DNA from: Vicinamibacteria bacterium
GTDB taxonomy: Bacteria; Acidobacteriota; Vicinamibacteria; Fen-336
Direction: 5' to 3'
NCBI GenBank assembly: GCA_041493035.1
Contig: JBGPYB010000005.1
Span: 1 to 61,030 of the forward strand
DNA: 61,030 nt
The notes under the pieces were generated by a model. It was not told where the DNA came from. It saw only the letters and a list, made by a program, of their open reading frames with translations, and did not search any database. Every line of letters begins with the position of its first letter. Position 1 is the first letter of the stretch. Position numbers and translations under genes: made by a program. Positions 57,836 through 61,030 of this stretch are shown here, in pieces.

Positions 57836-58840
57836 GTGCTCGTGACCGGGGCGGGGGGCTCCATCGCGTCGGCCCTCTGCCGCTCGCTTGGCGCCCTCGA
57901 CGCCGAGCGCTTGATCCTCGTCGACCATGCCGAGGGGAACCTCGAACGCATCGACCGGCAACTGCGCGAACGATTCCCCGCCGCGCGGACCACGGCGATC
58001 CTGGGAGACATCGGCGAGCGCCCGCTCGTGGACCGCGTCTTCGAGGAGCACCGTCCCGACGTCGTTTTCCACGCCGCGGCCTTCAAACATGTCCCGCTCC
58101 TCGAGGGGCAGCCCCTTGCGGCTCTCGCGAACAACGTCCTTCCGACGCAGCTGTTGGCTGCGGCGGCCGTCGGCTGGGGAGCGCGCCGTTTCGTGCTCCT
58201 CTCCACCGACAAGGCCGTCAATCCCACCAGCGTCATGGGCGTATCCAAGCGCGTGGCCGAGCTGGTGGTGCTCGCGAGTAGCACAAGGACCACGCAGACC
58301 ACATGCCTTCGGCTCGGCAACGTCCTCGGCAGCTCCGGAAGCGTCGTCCCTCGCTTGCGCGCCCAGATACGCCGGCGGCGCCCTCTCACCCTGAGCCACC
58401 CCGATGCGACCCGCTACTTCGCGGCGCCCCGCGAGGCGGTGGCTTTTCTGCTGAACGCGGCCCACGTCGAGGCGGGCGGCAGTATCCTGCTCCCCGACCT
58501 CGGCCCTCCGGTTCCCATCGTCGATCTCGCCCGACGACTTTTGCATGCGGCCTCCGTGGACCTCCCCGTGACCTTCGTGGGGCTCCAGCCGGGTGAAAAG
58601 CTCCACGAGCAACGACACACGGCCGCCGAGCGGCCGGAGTCGACGGGTGTGCCGGGCCTCGACCGCGTGGACGGACCTCGCCCCGCGAAGGCCTCCTTGG
58701 GCGCCTCGCTCGAAGAGCTGCGGGAGATCGTGCAGCAGCGCGACGCCGCCGCGCTCCCGGCCTGGCTGAGGCGCGTGGTTCCGGAGTACGCGCCCAGCTC
58801 CCGCGTCCTCGAGGCAGCGCGCGCCGCGTGCGCCCGATGA
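57836..58840 (+). CDS. CapD/PglF-like nucleotide-sugar dehydratase, catalytic domain only (true start probably further upstream)
   Basis: VLVTGAGGSI, VFHAAAFKHVP, STDKAVNPTSVMG.SKR, GNVLGSSGSV, GEKLHE. Confidence 0.88.
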   Translation: MLVTGAGGSIASALCRSLGALDAERLILVDHAEGNLERIDRQLRERFPAARTTAILGDIGERPLVDRVFEEHRPDVVFHAAAFKHVPLLEGQPLAALANNVLPTQLLAAAAVGWGARRFVLLSTDKAVNPTSVMGVSKRVAELVVLASSTRTTQTTCLRLGNVLGSSGSVVPRLRAQIRRRRPLTLSHPDATRYFAAPREAVAFLLNAAHVEAGGSILLPDLGPPVPIVDLARRLLHAASVDLPVTFVGLQPGEKLHEQRHTAAERPESTGVPGLDRVDGPRPAKASLGASLEELREIVQQRDAAALPAWLRRVVPEYAPSSRVLEAARAACAR

Positions 58841-60006
58841 CGTCTCCCCGGCGCACTGTCGCGGTGGTCACGACGTCGCGAGCGGATTACAACCATCTCT
58901 ACTGGCCGATCAAGGAGCTGCAAGCGCGCCCCGGGATCGACTTGCGCCTCATCGCGATGGGCGCGCATCTCTCTCCGGAGTTCGGAGACACCGTTCAGGA
59001 GATCGAGAGCGACGGCTTTACGGTCCATGATCGCGTGGAGTGCCTCCTGAGTTCCGATACCGACGTCGGCATGGCCAAGTCGATTGGCGTCGCAACGCTC
59101 GGGCTCGCCGACATCTTCGGGCGCCTCCGTCCCGACATCCTGCTTCTGATCGCGGACCGCTACGAGCTTCTGGCTCCGGCCAGCGTGGCCCTCGCCCTGC
59201 GCATCCCCATCGCCCACATCGAGGGGGGCGAGGTGAGCGAGGGGGCGATCGACGACGCCGTCCGCAACGCCCTCACGAAGCTGAGCCACGTCCATTTCAC
59301 GCCCACCGAGTCCGCGCGGCGAAGGGTGCTGGCCATGGGCGAAGAGGACTGGCGCGTTCATCGCGTGGGCGCACCGTCCCTCGATCACCTCGAACGCCAT
59401 TCGCTGCCGACGCCGGGTGATCTCGCCACGAAGCTCAAGTTGGAGCTACATCCGCCGACGCTGATGGTGGCCTATCACCCCATCACCCTCGCCCGTGATA
59501 CGCTGCGCGAGGCCGACTCCCTCTTCGGCGCCCTGGCCCGGCTGCCTCACCAGATCCTCTTCTCCTTCCCCAACGCCGACGCGGGAAGCCGCGCCCTCAT
59601 CGGACGCGCCCAGGCCTTCTGCACCGAGTACCCGCGGGCTCGCCTCTTCGTGAACCTGAACCCCCTCGACTACTGGGGGCTGCTGAAGGTCGTCGACGTC
59701 TTCGTCGGCAACTCCAGCAGCGGGATCATGGAGACGCCCACCCTTCGCCTCCCCACCGTCAACATCGGCCTGCGCCAGGAGGGACGCGAACGTGCGCGCA
59801 ACGTGGTCGACGCCGCCCCGGAGGCCGAGGCCATCGTGAACGCCGTGACGCGGTGCCTGGACCCCGCGTTCCTCGCGTCGCTCGACGGCATGGTCAGCCC
59901 CTACGGCGACGGTCACGCCGGGGAGCGCATCGCCGACGTGCTGAGCCGCGTCCCCCTGGGTGAGGCGCTGCTCCGCAAGCGGGCGGCGCCGCTTCCCGCA
60001 CCGTGA
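58837..60006 (+). CDS. neuC: Hydrolysing UDP-N-acetylglucosamine 2-epimerase (NeuC/LegG family)
   Basis: TTSRADY, GAHLSPEFG.T, ADRYE, HIEGGE.S.GAIDD, GNSSSGI.E, NIG.RQ.GR. Confidence 0.92.
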   Translation: MTSPRRTVAVVTTSRADYNHLYWPIKELQARPGIDLRLIAMGAHLSPEFGDTVQEIESDGFTVHDRVECLLSSDTDVGMAKSIGVATLGLADIFGRLRPDILLLIADRYELLAPASVALALRIPIAHIEGGEVSEGAIDDAVRNALTKLSHVHFTPTESARRRVLAMGEEDWRVHRVGAPSLDHLERHSLPTPGDLATKLKLELHPPTLMVAYHPITLARDTLREADSLFGALARLPHQILFSFPNADAGSRALIGRAQAFCTEYPRARLFVNLNPLDYWGLLKVVDVFVGNSSSGIMETPTLRLPTVNIGLRQEGRERARNVVDAAPEAEAIVNAVTRCLDPAFLASLDGMVSPYGDGHAGERIADVLSRVPLGEALLRKRAAPLPAP

Positions 60007-61030
60007 GGATCCCTCTTTCCGCTCCCGACATCACCGAGGCGGAGATCGAGGCCGTCACGGCGGTCCTTCGCACGCCCTCGCTGAGCCTCGGGCCGCGCCT
60101 TCCCGAATTCGAGGAGGCCCTGGCCGCCCGGGTGGGCGCGCGCCACGCCGTGGCCGTCAGCTCGGGCACGGCAGGGCTGCATCTCGGCGTGCGGGCCTGC
60201 GGCGTCGCGCCGGGAGACGAGGTCGTCACCACGCCCTTCAGCTTCGTGGCCTCGACCAACGCGATCCTGTACGAGCGGGGCGTGCCGGTGTTCGTCGATG
60301 TGGAGCGCGACAGCCTCAACATCGACCCGGGCCGCGTCGAGGCGGCGATCACGCCCCGCACCCGCGCGATCCTCCCGGTCCACGTCTTCGGGCGCCCCGC
60401 GGCGATGGAAGCGATCCTGGACATCGCCCGACGCCGTGGCCTCGCGGTGATCGAGGACGCGTGCGAGGCCCTGGGGGCCGAGGTCGGCGGGCGCGCCGTG
60501 GGGACCCTCGGGCGCTGCGGCGTCTTCGGCTTCTATCCCAACAAGCAGATCACCACGGGCGAGGGCGGCATGATCGTCACCGACGACGGCGACGTCGCGG
60601 CCCTCTGCCGGAGCTTGCGGAACCATGGCCGCGACGACGGCACCGGGCCCATGGTTCACGCCCGTCTCGGATACAACTACCGGCTGTCCGAGATCGCGTG
60701 TGCCCTCGGAGCCGCGCAGCTCCGCCGTCTCGATCTGCTGCTCGAAAACCGCGCCTCGGTGGCCCGTCGGTACCACGACCGCCTCGCAGGACACGCGGAT
60801 CTGATACTGCCCGAGATGAATCCCGCCGGAGCACGAGTGAGCTGGTTCGTCTACGTGGTGCGCCTTGGTGAGACGTGGACGCCGAAAAACCGCGATAGAC
60901 TCGTCGCCGAAATGGAGAGCCGCGGCATCGGCTGTCGTCCCTACTTCCCCGCCCTTCACTTGGAGCCCCACCTGCGGGCCGCTCTCGGCCACGGGCCCGG
61001 CGACTTCCCGGTGGCCGAGGGTGCCGCCGA
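60003..61030 (+). CDS. DegT/DnrJ/EryC1/StrS aminotransferase (runs off the window)
   Basis: IPLSAPDI, VSSGTAGLH, PVHVFG, IEDACEALG, FYPNKQITTGEGG, GYNYRL. Confidence 0.93.
   Translation, partial: MRIPLSAPDITEAEIEAVTAVLRTPSLSLGPRLPEFEEALAARVGARHAVAVSSGTAGLHLGVRACGVAPGDEVVTTPFSFVASTNAILYERGVPVFVDVERDSLNIDPGRVEAAITPRTRAILPVHVFGRPAAMEAILDIARRRGLAVIEDACEALGAEVGGRAVGTLGRCGVFGFYPNKQITTGEGGMIVTDDGDVAALCRSLRNHGRDDGTGPMVHARLGYNYRLSEIACALGAAQLRRLDLLLENRASVARRYHDRLAGHADLILPEMNPAGARVSWFVYVVRLGETWTPKNRDRLVAEMESRGIGCRPYFPALHLEPHLRAALGHGPGDFPVAEGAA

Overview
High-GC bacterial chromosomal window; the gene content suggests Acidobacteriota/Vicinamibacteria (inference only). The left ~15 kb is mostly minus-strand housekeeping: nusA (partial), rimP with its leader hairpin, rimO, asnS, an AmgK/MurU-like pair, a CYTH protein, cyclophilin, aminotransferase, GerMN protein and amidase. 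The middle holds DUF1800/DUF1501, a GH67 alpha-glucuronidase, a transglycosylase, a kinase-FGE-hydrolase, gene remnants and a PIN toxin-antitoxin module downstream of tmRNA (tag ANDNLALAA), IorAB, nfeD plus two flotillins, a GAF/RomX-like protein, an SLT, rph, a ParE-type TA module and rdgB. The most notable feature is a ~2.5 kb integrase-less island at tRNA-Pro(TGG), bounded by a 37-bp direct repeat. It carries a helical-NTD/TIR/winged-helix gene split by one base in a G5 run, two small unknown ORFs and a type I restriction HsdR-like stub cut at the right boundary. That right repeat copy can fold as an acceptor-stem + T-arm tRNA minihelix. The right end has envelope-modification genes (PagL-like, ArnT-like, BNR protein), a large secreted IPT protein, a cytochrome P460-family gene, an intact and a deleted V4R-like paralogue, and the start of a nonulosonic-acid-type cluster. 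Many genes appear leaderless. No CRISPR array, rRNA, transposase or integrase was seen. All family calls come from motif recognition by eye, not from database searches.
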